Part shown: positions 61,979 through 64,000 of the stretch, piece after piece | Layout: the number at the start of each line of letters is the position of its first letter | How positions within the stretch are numbered: position 1 is the stretch's first letter | DNA from: Epithemia pelagica | Lineage: Eukaryota > Protista > Bacillariophyta | Assembly (NCBI GenBank): GCA_946965045.2 | Contig: OX337230.1 | Location: 930,001 to 994,000 of the forward strand | Direction: 5' to 3' | Length of the DNA: 64,000 bases | Notes under the pieces: generated by a model | The model's database searches: none | The model's input: the letters and a program-made list of their open reading frames with translations, nothing else | Told to the model about the DNA's origin: nothing | Position numbers and translations under genes: made by a program

Positions 61979-63983
61979 CTAGAGAAGAAACAACAGTGAA
62001 GAAAAGCAGGCTGTCACTACTTGGAAAACTGAAATGGAATAGTTGGCGGCCAAAGGCAAGGATGTAGCTTCGAGGCTCGAATCAAAGGCAGGACAAATTT
62101 TGAAAGACGGGCAATTGACGCATTCCCACATGAGTCCCCCTCGCATCTTCTGAGGAGATCTGCAGTGGTCACACATAACGTCAACCAGGGAATAACCATC
62201 AGCTTGTCCAGGATGGTTCCAAGCCTCGTTGAGAAAATCGACCTCAAGAGGTGTCGTCTTTCCAACGCTTGGCTCATATGGTTTCGCATCCTTCCAATTA
62301 AACTTTTTATCACATCCAGATTGGCGATTTCGTCCACCATCTGCATCTCGGCCACAATGCATTGCGTCACATCCGTCCATTTTTCCACCAAGCGATTGCA
62401 GTGAGGACAATGACGACAGGTTCTAGCCTTATAGGTTTCATCGCTTCGTTCAATGGCATCCAACCGTTCCAAACGGATGCGTTCATCTTTCGCGTTGTCT
62501 CCATCCCTTGTTGTTCGTAGCCAGCACCGCCACTCCCTCTGAATCCGTTGCGCATCGGAACAAGTGGTGCGATAGTGATATATTCCACTGCAGCTAGAAC
62601 AAGAAACAGTATTGCACAGGGGACATTCTATTTTCTCTTGAGCATCCATGCTGCTTCTGGCCACCAGCCATGGGCAATGTGCAGACGGACATTGTGCATA
62701 GTTCCGGGGCTCACGGATAATGGTGGCAAATTGGCACGCTGAAGCTCATCAATTTCAGTATATGTGGGATTCTGGAATCCCACTTCCATATCACCACGTC
62801 CCAGAATTAGCGCAATCTCCTGAGGCAAAAGTTCGTGATTACAACCTTGCATGAAACATGGGATTCGACATGCGCTTTGTTTGTTAGCGTCCAAGTAGTT
62901 CACTGCGCAATCACGACACAACGTATGAGGATACAGAGGCGCTGTAATATCATGTTCTTGGTCGATGTTGCAAAAGAATGAAAAAGTTTCACGTTCAGGA
63001 AAGACTTCCATGCACACTGGGCAATCAATAACTCGTTCCAGTTCAAAGTCATCCCCTTTCCGCTCCGTATCTTCAGTACCTTGTTCCGTATCCTTGAACG
63101 GCGAGTGGGAACAGGCAGTTGCTGCTTTTGATCCTCCTTCGCCGCGTTTATTTCCATCTGTATGCGTAGACACGCGACATTTCGTCCTCTTCTGATCATT
63201 ATCACTCTTTCTTATCACGCAATCGTGATGATGACCATTCATCGTCTGATTTTTGCAGCTAGAAGCATTGCTTGATACAGAACCATCGCCTTCATGGAAC
63301 TCTTCCAGTGATCCAGACAAGGCAGACTCATCGTTTTTAGCAGTCGACGTTCCCTCGTTTATGGAAGACATGAGAAGGATTCTTTGAATTTGGTCCACCA
63401 CATCAAACGAATCATAGCTTTTCAAAATGTCATGTATGGATTCCGCAGACAAGTTCCTCTGGAAGACCGAGCGTGTTTGCCTTGGAAGGTTTCTGTTCAT
63501 TCTGAGCCCCATCAGTTCATGGAGTTTCTTGGACAGGAAGACTGCTTGCAAATCAGACGCATTATATATTTGAACTGCCGAAGCATAAAGGGTCAACAAC
63601 ACATCACGTCGGACGCTTGGTTTGGTCGGAGTATCAGCCTCCTCTGTGGATGGTGGGGGAGTCTTTGAATATACGAAACTTGCACTGTCGTCCTTGATAG
63701 TTTTTGTAGACTTGTTGGGAACTTCCTTCGTTTTTTCTTGTCGAGGTGGACCATGGCATGCCACATTGACAGTCGCTAGTCCCATTTCATTGATTGCGGT
63801 CGATATATATTGTACCTGATCCGTCACCGTACTACACCCCTCGAGAGACGAAGCAAAGATACAGACCAAAATGTCTCTCTCAACTGAAGCATGAAACACC
63901 AACAGCTTCAGAATTTCGTCAACGACTTGAAAGGACTCGCATGTTTCCAATATGCGAAGAATAGCCGAAGAGTCAAGAAACAT
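61979..63983 (-). CDS. RBR (RING1-IBR-RING2) E3 ubiquitin ligase with C-terminal ZZ-like finger; two apparent frameshifts (~62740, ~62382); may start beyond the window edge
   Basis: RING1 CPVC...HTLCRDC...CFMQGC. IBR QCPSAHC...CPLC...CSSCSGIYH...C. RING2 CPHC..LVEK|MDGCDAMHC...GCDKKFNW with the catalytic Cys. ZZ-like CDHC...WECVNCPSFKICP. The frame is open to the window end and the 3' end is uncertain. Confidence 0.75.
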
Positions 63984-64000
63984 CGAGTTGACGAGTCCTG

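Overview
Eukaryotic nuclear DNA, most likely from a pennate diatom or related stramenopile. The basis is a DUF6824 protein, a membrane guanylate/adenylate cyclase-phosphodiesterase fusion, short GT-AG introns and CAA/AAC microsatellites. Apparently intact genes: DUF6824 protein, TDP1, GST, an FtsH-like AAA protein with no protease domain, a coiled-coil/trypsin-like protease, one sulfotransferase-like gene, a PPR protein and two HxxxD acyltransferases. Interrupted genes: three Kelch paralogs plus a fragment (all sharing an unrecognised C-terminal domain), a second sulfotransferase-like gene, a CBP/p300-like acetyltransferase, the cyclase-PDE and an RBR E3 ligase. The most notable feature is a decayed ~8 kb tyrosine-recombinase (DIRS-like) retrotransposon at ~28.3-36.6 kb on the minus strand. 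It has gag, RT, RNase H, the usual N6-adenine-MTase-like domain and YR. Between gag and RT it also appears to carry a degenerate C5 cytosine-methyltransferase fold, with motifs I, IV, VI, VIII, IX and X in order and Ser where the catalytic Cys should be. All domain calls are by-eye motif recognition with no database search. Nine of the ten frameshifts I could phase are single-base deficits, several in homopolymers, so some may be assembly errors. The in-frame stops are not explained that way. No rRNA, tRNA or CRISPR array was seen.
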